DNA of 64,000 nt, taken from assembly GCF_003018255.1 (NCBI RefSeq), contig NZ_CP027440.1. One strand, written 5' to 3'. The stretch comes from Escherichia coli (GTDB lineage Bacteria; Pseudomonadota; Gammaproteobacteria; Enterobacterales; Enterobacteriaceae). The notes beneath the pieces are model-generated. The model worked only from the letters and a program-made list of their open reading frames with translations, was not told the origin of the DNA and made no database searches. The first letter of the stretch is position 1, and each line of letters starts with the position of its first letter. Below, piece by piece: positions 49,354-61,292 of this stretch. Made by a program: the position numbers and the translations under genes.

Positions 49354-50811
49354 TTAATCGTTGCTCTCCTGTATCATATTCGTCGGCGTGCTAAACAGAA
49401 AACGGGTAGCAAAGGCCAATACCACGATGATCGCGACACAAGCCAACGTCCACTCTCCCATCTGAGAAAAGAATCGCTGGTAAGCGGCAATTGCCATACC
49501 GCTAATTTGCGACTCTGTCGTCTGCTGTGCCACGACGCCTGCCAGCCAGTTGGCGACCGCGCCTGTTGCCAGCATATAAATACCGGTTAATACGCCAGAC
49601 ATTTTCAGACGCGTGATTTGCGCAATCGCCACCGGGTCAATAAAGAGTTCAGCAAAGCCCATTAGCGCCAGCCCGGATATCATCACGCCCATTGACGCTT
49701 GACCGCCAGCCGCTGCATGTCGGGCATCAAATGCCAGCAACATAAAGCCACAAGCCATCAGCAGTAGGCCAAAGGCAAACTTCAGCCAGACGCGCAATGC
49801 TGAATTGCCGCGGCTTTCTGGCGACGCCAGCCAGGCCAGAACAACCCCAGCGAGCATCACCGCAATAGCATTCACCGACTGGAATAGTGCTGTAGGTACT
49901 TCAATATTGAATGCCTGACGATTCACAAAGCGATCGATAAACAAGCTGATGGTACTGCCGCCCTGTTGTGCCAGTACCCAGAACAACGTCCCGACAAACA
50001 TCAACAATACAATTTGCCAAAGAGCACGGCGGTGTTCGGGGAATTTGATCATCATGCGGGCAATGATTTGTGCTGCAATGAGGCAAACGATCGCCAGCAA
50101 ATATCCGGACCAGTCGTTCTCCAGCAGCAGGGTAAAAAATACTGGGGCTAAACAGAGCATCACCACTAACCAGCTCCATACTGGTAAGGCAAATTTGACG
50201 CTAGTGAGCGCTTTTTTATCCATACTACGCGTGGACTGGAAATGACGATGACCACTTAAGAAAATCAACAAACCGATAAACATGCCGCCTCCCGCAAGGG
50301 CAAAGCCAACATGCCATCCATACCACTGAGCAGCCAGGCCGCAGGCGATGGGCGCGGCGATAGAACCGATATTGCCCGCAGCATATAGCAGCGAAAAACC
50401 GCCATCACGTCGATGATCGTTCTCGTCGTAGAGCTCGCCAAGCAAACAGCTGATGTTTGATTTGAATAAACCGTAGCCACAAATAATGATTGCCAGCGCC
50501 AGATACAGGCTAAAGGTTGAATTTGTATCAATGCCCAGCACCACATGGCCAAGGGTCATTAACAGCGCGCCGGCAATCACTGCAGTGCGGTTGCCGAGCA
50601 GGCGGTCGGCAAGCCAGCCGCCGAGAATAGGGGTAACGTAAACCAGAGAAGCATATGCGCTGAACAGGCTGATGGCATGGTTATCATCAAAACCAAGCTG
50701 ATGGGTGAGATAGAGAATGAGTAAGGCACGCATGCCGTAAAAACTGAAGTACTCCCAGATTTGGATCGCCACGATATAGTATATCGCGCGCGGCTGTGAG
50801 GGTGTTTTCAT
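49354..50811 (-). CDS. dtpC: Dipeptide/tripeptide permease DtpC (YjdL)
   Basis: 485-aa POT-family transporter. Confidence 0.9.
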   Translation of the reverse strand: MKTPSQPRAIYYIVAIQIWEYFSFYGMRALLILYLTHQLGFDDNHAISLFSAYASLVYVTPILGGWLADRLLGNRTAVIAGALLMTLGHVVLGIDTNSTFSLYLALAIIICGYGLFKSNISCLLGELYDENDHRRDGGFSLLYAAGNIGSIAAPIACGLAAQWYGWHVGFALAGGGMFIGLLIFLSGHRHFQSTRSMDKKALTSVKFALPVWSWLVVMLCLAPVFFTLLLENDWSGYLLAIVCLIAAQIIARMMIKFPEHRRALWQIVLLMFVGTLFWVLAQQGGSTISLFIDRFVNRQAFNIEVPTALFQSVNAIAVMLAGVVLAWLASPESRGNSALRVWLKFAFGLLLMACGFMLLAFDARHAAAGGQASMGVMISGLALMGFAELFIDPVAIAQITRLKMSGVLTGIYMLATGAVANWLAGVVAQQTTESQISGMAIAAYQRFFSQMGEWTLACVAIIVVLAFATRFLFSTPTNMIQESND

Positions 50812-50824
50812 GTGTTCTCCTTAT

Positions 50825-50858
50825 GAGCAAAAAAGGGAAGTGGCAAGCCACTTCCCTT
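50825..50858 (-). terminator. Rho-independent terminator after cadA
   Basis: aagggaagtggc-ttg-ccacttccctt hairpin followed by T-run on minus strand. Confidence 0.6.
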
Positions 50859-50869
50859 GTACGAGCTAA

Positions 50870-53017
50870 TTATTTTTTGCTTTCTTCTTTCAATACCTTA
50901 ACGGTATAGCGGCCATCAGCCTGACGGTATGCACCGTGAATATCGGTTTCAAAGCCCGGATAGTGAGCGCCGATTTCACACAGCATCTGCAGGAACTCCA
51001 GAACCGGACGGCTTTCTTCGGTGATCATTTCACCCGGCATTACCAGAGGAACTCCCGGCGGATACGGAAGGATCATATTGGCGTTAATACGACCTACCAT
51101 TTCGTCGAGGTAAACTTCTTCGGTCATACCGTGCAGCTCTTTCTGGAACGCCGCATACGGAGTCATAACCATTGTCGGCAGAACTTCAAATGCGCGATAC
51201 ATCAGATCCGGCAGATTGTGGTGAACAATCAGTTTGTGGATATTCTGAGCCAGTTCCTGAATACGCATATCTTCATAGAATTCAGGATCTTCACGATATA
51301 GAGACGGCAGCATGTTTTTCACACGCAGGTTCAGGTCGAACGCACGTTTGAAGTCAGTCAGAGCACGCAGCAGGCTCAATGCTTTGGTCTTATCAATACC
51401 GATGCTGAACAGGAACAGCAGGTTATACGGGCCGGTTTTCTCAACAACGATGCCATGTTCGTCGAGGTATTTCGCCACGATGCTGGCCGGAATACCAAAG
51501 TCGCTCATGGTGCCGTCTTTTTCCATCCCCGGGGTCAGCAGGGTGACTTTGATCGGGTCAAGATACATGTGCTCATTGTCGATGTTCTTGAAGCCGTGCC
51601 AGGAGCTGTCAGAACGCAGCGGCCAGCATTCAGTGGTATCGATATGATCCGGCTGCCATACATCAAAGAACCAGCCATCAGATTCCGTTCTCAGACGTTT
51701 GATCTCTTTACGGAACTTGATCGCACGTTCAATGGAACCGTTGATCAGACGCTTACCAGCATTACCTTTCATCATCGCCGCAGCGGTTTCAGTGGACGCC
51801 ACGATACCGTAGTGCGGAGAGGTGGTGGTGTGCATCATGTAGGCTTCGTTAAAGGTTTCTTCGTTTACGTCACCTTTAACGTGGATCATGGAAGCCTGAG
51901 AGAACGCCGCCAGCAGTTTGTGAGTGGACTGGGTTTCGTAAATCACTTTCCCTTCTACACGGCCACCGCTCATACCGCATTTACCTTCGTAAATCGGCGA
52001 GAAGTTGGTGTAAGGCACCCACGCGGAGTCAAAGTGGATGGATTTCACATCCAGCGTTTTCTTGATGAAGTCGGTGTTGTACAGCAGACCATCATAGGTA
52101 GAGTTGGTAATTACGGCATGTACCGGCCAGGTTGCGTTTGGTGTTTCTTTAACGCGCTTAGCAATGGTTGCGTGCTGGAATTCACTCTGTGGGATACCAC
52201 CAAGAATACCGTAAGCGTTACGGGTCGGGCGGAAATAGATTGGGGTAACATCGCTCATCATCATTAGGTGGGTTAGCGATTTGTGGCAGTTACGGTCAAT
52301 CAGAATGGTGCTGCCTGCCGGAGCAGAGTACATACCGACAATTTTGTTCGCAGTGGAAGTACCGTTGGTCACCATGTAGCTGCGGTCTGCGTTAAAGACG
52401 CGAGCGATATACTGTTCCGCTTCTTTGTGTGGACCGCTGTGATCCAGCAGAGAACCCAATTCAGATACTGAAATGGAAATATCAGATTTCATGGTGTTCG
52501 GACCAAAGAAATCATAGAACAGGCTACCTACCGGGCTTTTCTGGAATGCAGTACCGCCCATGTGACCAGGAGTACAGAAAGTATATTTACCTTCACGAAC
52601 ATATTTAAACAGTGCTTTGGTCAGCGGAGGCAGAATAGTGTTGATATATTCGTCAGTGGTCTGCTTGATCTTGTTAGCAATATCATCAGCAGCACCCAGC
52701 GCATATTCAAAGAAGCTAATCTGTAAACGCAGATCGTTCAGGCTTACATCGAGTGTGGAATACGTATTAGCGAACGCGTACAACGGCAGGTTCTCGTTCA
52801 TTTTGCTAATTTCTTCGCACAGCTCGAGATTATATTTATCCCAGTCAAAAATAACACCGCACAGACGCGCATTGTTTTCGATCAGTTTTAATAAGTCGTC
52901 ACGGTCATTCGGGTAAACAATCTGGAAGTTCAGACGTTCAAGCGCGCGATGAAGTTCACGGATGGGTTCTTCTTTAAAATAAACACCCATGTGATTCAAT
53001 ATTGCAATAACGTTCAT
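50870..53017 (-). CDS. cadA: Inducible lysine decarboxylase CadA
   Basis: Start MNVIAILNHMGVYFKEEPIRELH at 53017; 715 aa. Confidence 0.95.
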   Translation of the reverse strand: MNVIAILNHMGVYFKEEPIRELHRALERLNFQIVYPNDRDDLLKLIENNARLCGVIFDWDKYNLELCEEISKMNENLPLYAFANTYSTLDVSLNDLRLQISFFEYALGAADDIANKIKQTTDEYINTILPPLTKALFKYVREGKYTFCTPGHMGGTAFQKSPVGSLFYDFFGPNTMKSDISISVSELGSLLDHSGPHKEAEQYIARVFNADRSYMVTNGTSTANKIVGMYSAPAGSTILIDRNCHKSLTHLMMMSDVTPIYFRPTRNAYGILGGIPQSEFQHATIAKRVKETPNATWPVHAVITNSTYDGLLYNTDFIKKTLDVKSIHFDSAWVPYTNFSPIYEGKCGMSGGRVEGKVIYETQSTHKLLAAFSQASMIHVKGDVNEETFNEAYMMHTTTSPHYGIVASTETAAAMMKGNAGKRLINGSIERAIKFRKEIKRLRTESDGWFFDVWQPDHIDTTECWPLRSDSSWHGFKNIDNEHMYLDPIKVTLLTPGMEKDGTMSDFGIPASIVAKYLDEHGIVVEKTGPYNLLFLFSIGIDKTKALSLLRALTDFKRAFDLNLRVKNMLPSLYREDPEFYEDMRIQELAQNIHKLIVHHNLPDLMYRAFEVLPTMVMTPYAAFQKELHGMTEEVYLDEMVGRINANMILPYPPGVPLVMPGEMITEESRPVLEFLQMLCEIGAHYPGFETDIHGAYRQADGRYTVKVLKEESKK

Positions 53018-53096
53018 AGTCATATCTCCAGGTAAAAAAGGCCCCTCCCAACACATGGGACAAAATGAAAGGAGGAGCCTCGGAAAATACTTTTAA

Positions 53097-54431
53097 TTAA
53101 TGTGCGTTAGATGCTGTGTGGTTATCCATTGAGTGGCTCTGGCGCTCGTGCATTTTGCGAGCGTAGAACATCAGGATAATCAGGCTGACGATGAAGGTAC
53201 CAGCCAGCTCGAAGGAGCTTGCGCCCATCAGAGCGATGAAGCAGAACACGCAACCCAGTACAGAGCAGATCAGGCTGACAAAGTTGCGGATGTTAACGCC
53301 TTCAAAACGAATCAGGTCAACGCAAGAGTAGAAGTACGGCAGCATAGTCAGCAGTACTGCGATACCGGTCAGTTCACCGAACAGGTCAGATGCTTTACCA
53401 CCGGCAGAGTTCATCAGAGTGATGAGGATCATCAGGGCAGTCATTTTCACTGCAGCCAGCAGCAGACCTTTTTTCGGAATACCGTTGCTGTCGACTTCAC
53501 CATAAACTTTCGGGAAGTTACCGTCGTTAGCGGCACGCACACCTGCCTGGCCGACCAGCATCATCCAGGAGCCCAGAGAAGTCAGGCACGCAAAAGCGGT
53601 GAATGCAGAAACCATCGGCGCAGCCCAGTTACCCAGGATAGTAGAAGCACTGATTGCAAACGGAGCACCGGAGCCTGCCATTACAGAAGACGGATACATA
53701 CCGGAAAGAACCTGAGTCGCAGCAATGTAAACAATACCTGCTAAACCAGTCCCCAGCATGGTTGCCAGTGGAACAGTACGTTTCGGGTTTTTAACCATAC
53801 CAGTACTTACAGCTGCGGATTCCACACCCACGAAGGCCCACAGGCAGAGCAGAATACTTTTAATGATTGCATGACCATCAGTAGTACCTGCGGTATTCCA
53901 GTTAGCTGCATAAGTTGCAGCATCAAACCAATGCCAGCCAACAATAGCAGTCATAACCACAGGAATAAGAACCAGTACCAGGCCAATAGTGGTTAAACGG
54001 CTTACCCAGGTACCGCCGAGCATATTTACAAAGGTAAATACCCAGACGATAGCAATACAGGCGATACCCGCCGGAGCAGGATCATTTAATACTGGGAAGA
54101 AGGTGGAAAGATAAGATACAGCGGTAATACCAATTGCCAGGTTACCAATCCAGTTAGCATGGTAATAAAGAACACCTGTCTGAAAACCAAATGCAGGAGA
54201 AATTTCTCCGGCATACGCAATTGGGCCACCTTGTTGCGGGTTTTTTGTTGCCAGTCGGGCATATACATATGCCAGCGACATTGCACCAATAATAGAGATA
54301 ATCCAACCCCAGATAGCAATACCACCGATACTTGCTAGGTTCGCAGGTAATAATGCAATACCGCTCCCCATCATATTACCGGCAACAACACCGGTACAGG
54401 CAAATAGCCCGATCTTCTTGGCAGAACTCAT
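53097..54431 (-). CDS. cadB: Lysine/cadaverine antiporter CadB
   Basis: 444-aa APC-family transporter. Confidence 0.95.
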   Translation of the reverse strand: MSSAKKIGLFACTGVVAGNMMGSGIALLPANLASIGGIAIWGWIISIIGAMSLAYVYARLATKNPQQGGPIAYAGEISPAFGFQTGVLYYHANWIGNLAIGITAVSYLSTFFPVLNDPAPAGIACIAIVWVFTFVNMLGGTWVSRLTTIGLVLVLIPVVMTAIVGWHWFDAATYAANWNTAGTTDGHAIIKSILLCLWAFVGVESAAVSTGMVKNPKRTVPLATMLGTGLAGIVYIAATQVLSGMYPSSVMAGSGAPFAISASTILGNWAAPMVSAFTAFACLTSLGSWMMLVGQAGVRAANDGNFPKVYGEVDSNGIPKKGLLLAAVKMTALMILITLMNSAGGKASDLFGELTGIAVLLTMLPYFYSCVDLIRFEGVNIRNFVSLICSVLGCVFCFIALMGASSFELAGTFIVSLIILMFYARKMHERQSHSMDNHTASNAH

Positions 54432-54796
54432 GCTCTTCTCCTAATTTCATTTTTGAATTTGGAGTCCGGGTCATGATGTATAACTATTTCCTGACCAGAC
54501 CAAACTGGCGCTAAGATTACTCACGAAAAAAGGATTAATCCTAAAGATTAGGTGAAATAACACAAAAGTTTCTGTAAGTGAGAACTTGAGGTTTTTTATT
54601 AACACATCAGGATCGCAAGTTGATATCATGAAAAGATAAACATTCAATGTTTACAATGTGTTATGTGACATTTTCTGGTTAAATTTATGTAATAAAAATT
54701 ATGCGACAAATAAATTGCCGCAACATATTATACCAACAGGAACATACAAAAACTCAACAACAAATATTCCCGAGCATGAATCAACCCGGGAGTTAC
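54432..54796 (-). promoter_or_regulatory. Pcad promoter / CadC-binding region
   Basis: AT-rich 365-bp region between cadC and cadBA. Confidence 0.6.
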
Positions 54797-56335
54797 TTAT
54801 TCTGAAGCGAGAAATTTGTCGAGATAAGGTACAACATAAGGAACAGAAGTCTGGAATATACCATTTTCAATCCAGTAAAGGGTGTTTGCCCCTGGGCGTA
54901 AATTAAAGGCGGTGAGATATGCATCAGCTGCTTCCCGGTTCATCCCCTTCATTTCATAAACCTTGCCAAGCAACACATAATTTAGCCAGGACATTTCAAG
55001 ATCAATGCCAGTATTTATCGCCTGATAAGACTCATCTGTTTTACCTTTTACCAGGGCACTGACCGCTTTTATTTGATATATAATGGACAGGTTGTTCAAT
55101 TCCGGCAGTGTAACAATGTTATCTATTTCTGTGTTAAGTGCTGCTAATTGTTTTTCGTCTAAAGGATGTTGAGAATGGCGCACGATATCAACTAATGCTT
55201 TTTCTGCTCTCGCGTAGGTAAATTCTGGGGATGATTGAACAATCTCACCTAATAATTCACTGGCACGATCCAATGATTTATCATCACCATGCAGTAAATA
55301 ATCATGTGCCTGATAAAAATTAGTTAATAACGCACCACGATGCGGCAAAATTTGCTGGAGCATCTCCTGCATTCGTTGTGGCCACGGTTGGTTTAACGCT
55401 TTTGATAAACTCTCCAGTAAATCATTTTGAATCGCCAGCTGATTACCGTTAGTGATGACATAACGTTTATCCAGCATGGTTGAACCATCTGCATTGTCTA
55501 CCAATTTTACCGACATAAAGCATTGTTGAGCACGGTATTGGCGCTGATTAACAAACGCAATAGATAATGTTTTACCGGAACTGCTCGGTTCATCAATGTT
55601 GTAGTTGATTTTGTCATGCACCATAAAGGTGGAGAAGGTGTTAAGTGATGTCGCCACCAAATCACCCACGCCTATCGCGTAAGAGAGCTGATACGGGGAA
55701 CTCCAGCTGTTACAACTTTTATTTACCATATTAATGTCAATATCGCGTGGATTGAGCAAAATACGCGATTTGCTCATCGGAAGACGTGTATCAAGACTTG
55801 AAAACGCTACCAGTGCTACACAGATACCTAACGACAACAGGAAAAAAAACCATACCCAAAAGGTAGTGAATCGTTTGCTTTTAACTGGGGATTGTTCAGG
55901 TGGCGTTGCGGTGTTTTGAATGTTAAGACTGTGGGAGGGAGAATCTGTGGCAGGAACCGCCTCTGGTATAGGGGGAGGCGAAGATAGCATTATTTCCTCT
56001 CCCTCTTCTTCGCTGTACCAGATAACCGGCACCATTAATTTATAGCCGCGCTTTGGTACAGTAGCGATATAGACAGGACTATCTTCATCATTATCTTTTA
56101 ATGACTTACGTAGTTCTGAGATACTCTGCGTCACAACGTGATTGGTGACAATACTTCTCTTCCAGACATTATCGATAAGTTCATCCCTGCTAAGTACTTC
56201 GCCACTGTGTTGAGCAAAGAAAACCAGAAGGTCGATTAATCTCGGCTCAAGGGTAAGTTGACGCCCATTGCGGCTAATTTGGTTTATGGACGGAGTAACA
56301 AGCCATTCGCCAACGCGAACTACAGGTTGTTGCAT
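54797..56335 (-). CDS. cadC: ToxR-like membrane transcriptional activator CadC
   Basis: 512 aa, N-terminal winged-helix, single TM. Confidence 0.95.
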   Translation of the reverse strand: MQQPVVRVGEWLVTPSINQISRNGRQLTLEPRLIDLLVFFAQHSGEVLSRDELIDNVWKRSIVTNHVVTQSISELRKSLKDNDEDSPVYIATVPKRGYKLMVPVIWYSEEEGEEIMLSSPPPIPEAVPATDSPSHSLNIQNTATPPEQSPVKSKRFTTFWVWFFFLLSLGICVALVAFSSLDTRLPMSKSRILLNPRDIDINMVNKSCNSWSSPYQLSYAIGVGDLVATSLNTFSTFMVHDKINYNIDEPSSSGKTLSIAFVNQRQYRAQQCFMSVKLVDNADGSTMLDKRYVITNGNQLAIQNDLLESLSKALNQPWPQRMQEMLQQILPHRGALLTNFYQAHDYLLHGDDKSLDRASELLGEIVQSSPEFTYARAEKALVDIVRHSQHPLDEKQLAALNTEIDNIVTLPELNNLSIIYQIKAVSALVKGKTDESYQAINTGIDLEMSWLNYVLLGKVYEMKGMNREAADAYLTAFNLRPGANTLYWIENGIFQTSVPYVVPYLDKFLASE

Positions 56336-56911
56336 AATAGAAACTCATTCGAAAAGGGAATGGTGCAATGATAATTGGCATAACCTATTTTTACCATCTA
56401 TAGATGGGTTTATTTACATATTATTGGTGAATGCAAGACGTTATTTTTACCAGACATAAACTTCTTGATTACATAGTGTTGAGAAAGGATTTTACTGAGA
56501 ACCAGAAGTAATATTCCTTACCATCAAAATTCATCATCTTTGCCAAAGAAAAATGTTCAGAAAATAATCCATGGAAAATTGTCCGGAGCGCTTACTATTT
56601 TAATGGATTGTTAGTCTTTGCATGAGCAAACGGACTGATACATTTCTCTTTGTTCTCATTCAGAAAATCTCATCAGTTGGCGTTCTGCCCGATGTTGTGC
56701 TTTATGGGTGCGTTACGCTCCTGATGACGTCATTTGACGTTCAACAGCATCACGGGGCCGCACGACATTTCACGTCAGTCAGCGCTATAGCTCAGAAACA
56801 AATTTTCCCGAATTGGAATATGCCCGCAAATTGCTGGGGATGTGGGGAGAATCTGGTTGAGTTCGGTAGAATTGATTTGGCGGCAGGACGCTTAAATCGT
56901 GGCGTCCTGAA

Positions 56912-56945
56912 ACGAAAAACGGACCTCCGTGGAGGTCCGTTTATA
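56912..56945 (-). terminator. Rho-independent terminator downstream of pheU
   Basis: aaacggacctcc-acgg-aggtccgttt hairpin followed by T-rich run on minus strand. Confidence 0.7.
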
Positions 56946-56951
56946 TGAATT

Positions 56952-57027
56952 TGGTGCCCGGACTCGGAATCGAACCAAGGACACGGGGATTTTCAATCCC
57001 CTGCTCTACCGACTGAGCTATCCGGGC
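56952..57027 (-). tRNA. pheU: tRNA-Phe (GAA)
   Basis: Reverse complement is GCCCGGATAGCTCAGTCGGTAGAGCAGGGGATTGAAAATCCCCGTGTCCTTGGTTCGATTCCGAGTCCGGGCACCA. Confidence 0.97.
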
Positions 57028-57133
57028 AACGGGGCGCATTAAACCGTAATCTGCACATCTCGTCAACCTAATTTCAGTAAAAGCGATTCAACTGCTTAAG
57101 ATTGCGGCAAATCGCTTCTTTTCTGTGTTTCTG

Positions 57134-57733
57134 TCAGGTCAAAGCACCACCCTGGCGGCAGCGGGCGAAGCGCAGGATATCTTCCGCCAGCCGATGTGCG
57201 GTGTCGACATCCGCCTGGCTACGATTCACCAGCATTCGGCTTAAACAGCCTTCCAGCACCAGTTCCATCTGCTTTGCTACCATCGCCGGATCGTCAACTT
57301 CCAGTGTGGTTAACAGTTCGTGGGTGAAATCGTAGGCCGCGCTTTTTTGCTGATCGGCCAGTTGATGAATAGGGTGGCCAGGATCGGGATAAAACGTACA
57401 GGCAGCGATAAATAGACAGCCCGGATAGCGGTTGTTTTTAACGCACTCCGATAACGCCTGATAACGTGCCAGCAGCTTTTGTTCGGCGGTTTGCGTTTCG
57501 TCCAGCATCAGCTGACGACGCCAGGCATCTATCTGTTGGCTAAGATAACGCAGCGCATCGTAGAGGATTGCCTCTTTGTCTGGCCAGAAGCGGCGTAGCT
57601 CGTCCAGTGGGTAATCCACACGTTCAGCAACCATCTCAAGCGTGGTGTTGGCAATCCCTTGTAATTCTAATAATTTCAGGGCTTCTCCCAGTACATCTTC
57701 ACGTTGCACGCTATTTTCCTCCGTCTTTCCCAC
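57134..57733 (-). CDS. yjdC: TetR-family regulator YjdC (true start possibly GTG at 57709)
   Basis: N-terminal HTH. Confidence 0.85.
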   Translation of the reverse strand: MGKTEENSVQREDVLGEALKLLELQGIANTTLEMVAERVDYPLDELRRFWPDKEAILYDALRYLSQQIDAWRRQLMLDETQTAEQKLLARYQALSECVKNNRYPGCLFIAACTFYPDPGHPIHQLADQQKSAAYDFTHELLTTLEVDDPAMVAKQMELVLEGCLSRMLVNRSQADVDTAHRLAEDILRFARCRQGGALT

Positions 57734-57745
57734 TGCAAGTGTCGT

Positions 57746-59443
57746 TCACGGTTGGCGATCGCGCAAATGTGCGCTGAAGGTTTCAGCATCCATAAAGCCC
57801 GTGACGCGTGCTTGTGGATGCTCCTGGCCTTGTCCGTCAAAAAAGAGAATTGTCGGTAGGCCAAGGACATTAAGATGCTTTAACAGCGCCACATCTTGTG
57901 CGTCGTTGGCAGTTACGTTAGCCTGAAGTAAGACCGTGTCTGCTAACGCTTTTTGCACCTGCGGGTCGCTGAAGGTGTATTTCTCAAACTCTTTACAGGC
58001 GACGCACCAGTCGGCATAGAGATCTAACATCACTGGTTTGCCTTTGGCTTCAACGAGCGCCTGATTTAACTCATCTACCGTTTTGATTTGTGTAAAGTTG
58101 AGATGCGTCTGAGTTTGCGCGGTATGTGTTGCACCAAATGCCCAATCCTGAAGTGGGCGCACGCTAACCAATGCCGCTGCCAGCAGGATTATTTGCACCA
58201 CGCGCATCCAGCCGCGTTTGGCCTGTAGGCTGGTGATAAAGGCCCAGCCAAAGAATGCGACACCAAGCGCCGACCACAAGCGTAATCCCCATATATCGCC
58301 AATCACTCGCTCCAGCAGGAAGACCGGCAGTGCGAGGATCACAAAACCAAACGCGGTTTTGACTTGTTCCATCCACGGGCCGCTTTTCGGCAGCAGGCGG
58401 TTACCAAAGACGGTTATTAGCATCAGCGGCAGGCCCATGCCCAACGCATAGAGATAAAGCGTGCCGCCCCCCAGCCACATGTTCCCGCTTTGGGCGATAT
58501 ACAACAGAATCGCGCTAAGCGGTGCGGTGGTGCATGGTGAACAGATCAGTCCGGCAATCGCTCCCATAACAAACACACCGCCAGGTGAGCCGCCCTGTTG
58601 GCGATTGCTCATCAGCGTGAGGCGCGTTTGCAGCGAAGAGGGGAGTTGCAGGGTAAACAAACCAAACATTGACATCGCCAGCAAGGTAAAGACGATGGCG
58701 AGGCCAATGAGCACGTATGGGTGCTGTAGCGCCGCCTGGAACTGTAACCCTGCGGCGGCAACTACCAGACCCAGCGCCGTGTAAGTCAGTGCCATCCCCT
58801 GCACATAAATAAAGGTCAGCAACAATGCTCTGGCAGTGGAGAGCCGCTGTTTACCACCCAGCACGATACCAGAAATCAGTGGGTACATTGGCAGCACGCA
58901 TGGCGTAAAGGCGATACCAATACCGATCAACAACGCCCAGAGCGCGGAAAAGGGCAATTGCGCGGTGGGCTGCTCTTGCTGCGGAACAGACACAGGCTGT
59001 GACGCTGCGTTGTTGGCGACCACTTCGCTTAACGGAACGGTTTTGGTTTCTGGCGGATAACAGAAACCGGCATCAGCACAGCCCTGGTAGGTGACAGTTA
59101 ACGTCGCTCCCGCACTCGCCTGGTTGATGGTTACGGGAAGCGTCAGCCGATCGCGGTAAATCTCGCTTTTGCCGTAAAACTCATCTTCATGCCAGACGCC
59201 TTGTGGCAGCTGCACGTTGGCAATTTTCGCGTGTTCCGGCGTAATGCGGATCTGTTTACGGTAGAGGTAATAACCGTCTTTGATCTGCCAGGTCAGATTC
59301 AGGTCATGTTGGTTTTGCTGAAAATCAAAAGCAAAGGCTTGATCCGCGGGGACAAATTGTGAACGTCCCGGCGCGTCGAATAATCCGGCAAAAACGGAAG
59401 TGCTGCAAAGTAGCAGGATCAGCGTAAAGATGCGTTGAGCCAT
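57746..59443 (-). CDS. dsbD: Thiol:disulfide interchange protein DsbD
   Basis: Start [19 protein letters not shown] at 59443; TM core plus thioredoxin-like C-terminus. Confidence 0.9.
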
Positions 59444-59757
59444 GAGAGGTAATCTGTGTCTCCGTGTGTAACAGGTAAAACCAGAAGTTCCGGGGTTTGA
59501 TATGGATGATGAGACTTCAGGCATTCCAGCAGTGCCTGCTGGTGAGATACGGTAGTTTTTAAAATCATCTGCACTTCGTATTCTTGCTCCAGCTTACCTT
59601 CCCAGTAATAGAGAGAAGTAGCGCCGGGGATCAAGGTCGCGCAGGCCGCCAGTTTTTCCGCCAGCACTTTGGCGGCTAAATCCTGGGCTGTCGCTTCATC
59701 CGGTGCGGTACATAGCACCACGACAGACGCGGTATTCGAACTTTTTTCATCAAGCAT
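59419..59757 (-). CDS. cutA: Divalent-cation tolerance protein CutA
   Basis: [21 protein letters not shown]... Confidence 0.9.
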
Positions 59758-59872
59758 AAACACCTCGCAAGAACAGATGGAACCGCAAGAGAGAGGTCAC
59801 TATACAACGGACGGGGGAAGGATGTTAGTCGGCGGGAAAGAAAGCGGGGCGTGAACGCCCCGCGATTGATCA

Positions 59873-61174
59873 TTACAGCATGAAGCTACCCAGCACGAAG
59901 CCGAAGCAAACGGCCAGGGCAACACCCAGAGTACCCGGGATGAAGAACGGATGGTTGAAGACGAATTTACCGATACGGGTAGTACCCGTGTCATCCATCT
60001 GTACCGCAGCAACCAGCGTCGGGTAGGTCGGCAGAATGAACAGACCAGACACCGCAGCGAAAGAAGCAACAGCGGTCAGCGGAGAAACGTTCAGTGCCAG
60101 AGCCATCGGCATCAGTGCTTTTGCGGTTGCAGCCTGAGAGTACAGCAGAGCAGAAGCAAAGAAGAAGATGACGGCCAGCAGCCACGGATGACCCTGAATC
60201 ACTTCACCAGCGGTATCTTTGATCCAGTCGATGTTGTTGGAAACGAAAGTATCGCCCAGCCACGCAACACCCAGGATACAAATACAGGCGCTCATACCTG
60301 CTTTGAAGGTGCTGGAGTTGAGGATGTTGTCGGTATCGACTTTACAGATAACGGTGGTCAGAGTTGCAACGCTGAGCATGATGATCAGGATTGCGTTGGT
60401 GGTGTTCATCAGCGGTTTTTCAACCAGACCCATGCTTGGGCTGTTGATGATTGCATAGATAACAACGCCAACTACGCCCAGCAGGAACAGCCAGACGGAC
60501 GTTTTTGCACCGGATTTGATTTCAATCTGCTTTTCACCGCGCAGTTCAACCAGGCCTTCTTCCAGACGCTTGCGATAAATCGGATCGTCAGAGAGTTTGG
60601 AGTTGAACAGCATAGTGACCAGGAAGGACATCACCAGAACCGCCAGCAGGGTGGACGGGATGACCACGGAGAGCAGATGGAGGTAGCTGATGCCATGACC
60701 TTCCATTACGGAAGACATGTAAACCACTGCCGCTGAGATTGGCGATGCGGTGATCGCAATCTGCGCGGATACCACTGCAGTAGACAGCGGACGGCAAGGT
60801 TTAACGCCTTGTTCCTTCGCAACTTCAGCGATAACTGGCAGTGTCGCCAGAGAGATGTTGCCAGTACCAGCAAAGATTGTCAGGAAATAGGTCACGATCG
60901 GTGCGAGGATCGTGATGTATTTCGGGTTACGGCGCAGCAGCTTTTCTGTCTGATGAACCAGATAGTCCAGACCGCCAGCAACCTGCATGGCAGAAATAGC
61001 GGCGATAACCGCCATGATAATGGAAATGACATCGAACGGGATGTTACCGGGTTTAACGCCAATAGCGGCAAGAACCAGCACCCCCAATCCGCCTGCAAAA
61101 CCAATACCTATTCCCCCCAATCTGGCGCCCAAGAAGATCGCCAGCAAAACTATGATGAGTTCTACAACTAGCAT
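59873..61174 (-). CDS. dcuA: Anaerobic C4-dicarboxylate transporter DcuA
   Basis: 433 aa. Confidence 0.95.
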   Translation of the reverse strand: MLVVELIIVLLAIFLGARLGGIGIGFAGGLGVLVLAAIGVKPGNIPFDVISIIMAVIAAISAMQVAGGLDYLVHQTEKLLRRNPKYITILAPIVTYFLTIFAGTGNISLATLPVIAEVAKEQGVKPCRPLSTAVVSAQIAITASPISAAVVYMSSVMEGHGISYLHLLSVVIPSTLLAVLVMSFLVTMLFNSKLSDDPIYRKRLEEGLVELRGEKQIEIKSGAKTSVWLFLLGVVGVVIYAIINSPSMGLVEKPLMNTTNAILIIMLSVATLTTVICKVDTDNILNSSTFKAGMSACICILGVAWLGDTFVSNNIDWIKDTAGEVIQGHPWLLAVIFFFASALLYSQAATAKALMPMALALNVSPLTAVASFAAVSGLFILPTYPTLVAAVQMDDTGTTRIGKFVFNHPFFIPGTLGVALAVCFGFVLGSFML

Positions 61175-61239
61175 ATTAGCCTTCCTTGTTTTTTTAACAA
61201 GTTGATATTAGATTGTTATTTTTAAGTTACTGCTCACAA

Positions 61240-61276
61240 GAAAAAAGGCACGTCATCTGACGTGCCTTTTTTATTT
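61240..61276 (-). terminator. Rho-independent terminator after aspA
   Basis: aaggcacgtca-tc-tgacgtgcctt hairpin flanked by A/T runs. Confidence 0.65.
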
Positions 61277-61292
61277 GTACTACCCTGTACGA

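Noticed and set aside
51455-52267. 270-aa plus-strand ORF
   Set aside because: Antisense shadow ORF inside cadA
56336-56951. Possible genomic island at the pheU tRNA integration hotspot (including 108-aa ORF 56622-56948)
   Set aside because: Only ~600 bp separates cadC from pheU, with no integrase or direct repeat of the tRNA 3' end; ORF has no RBS and overlaps the tRNA terminator
59951-60736. 261-aa plus-strand ORF
   Set aside because: Antisense shadow ORF inside dcuA
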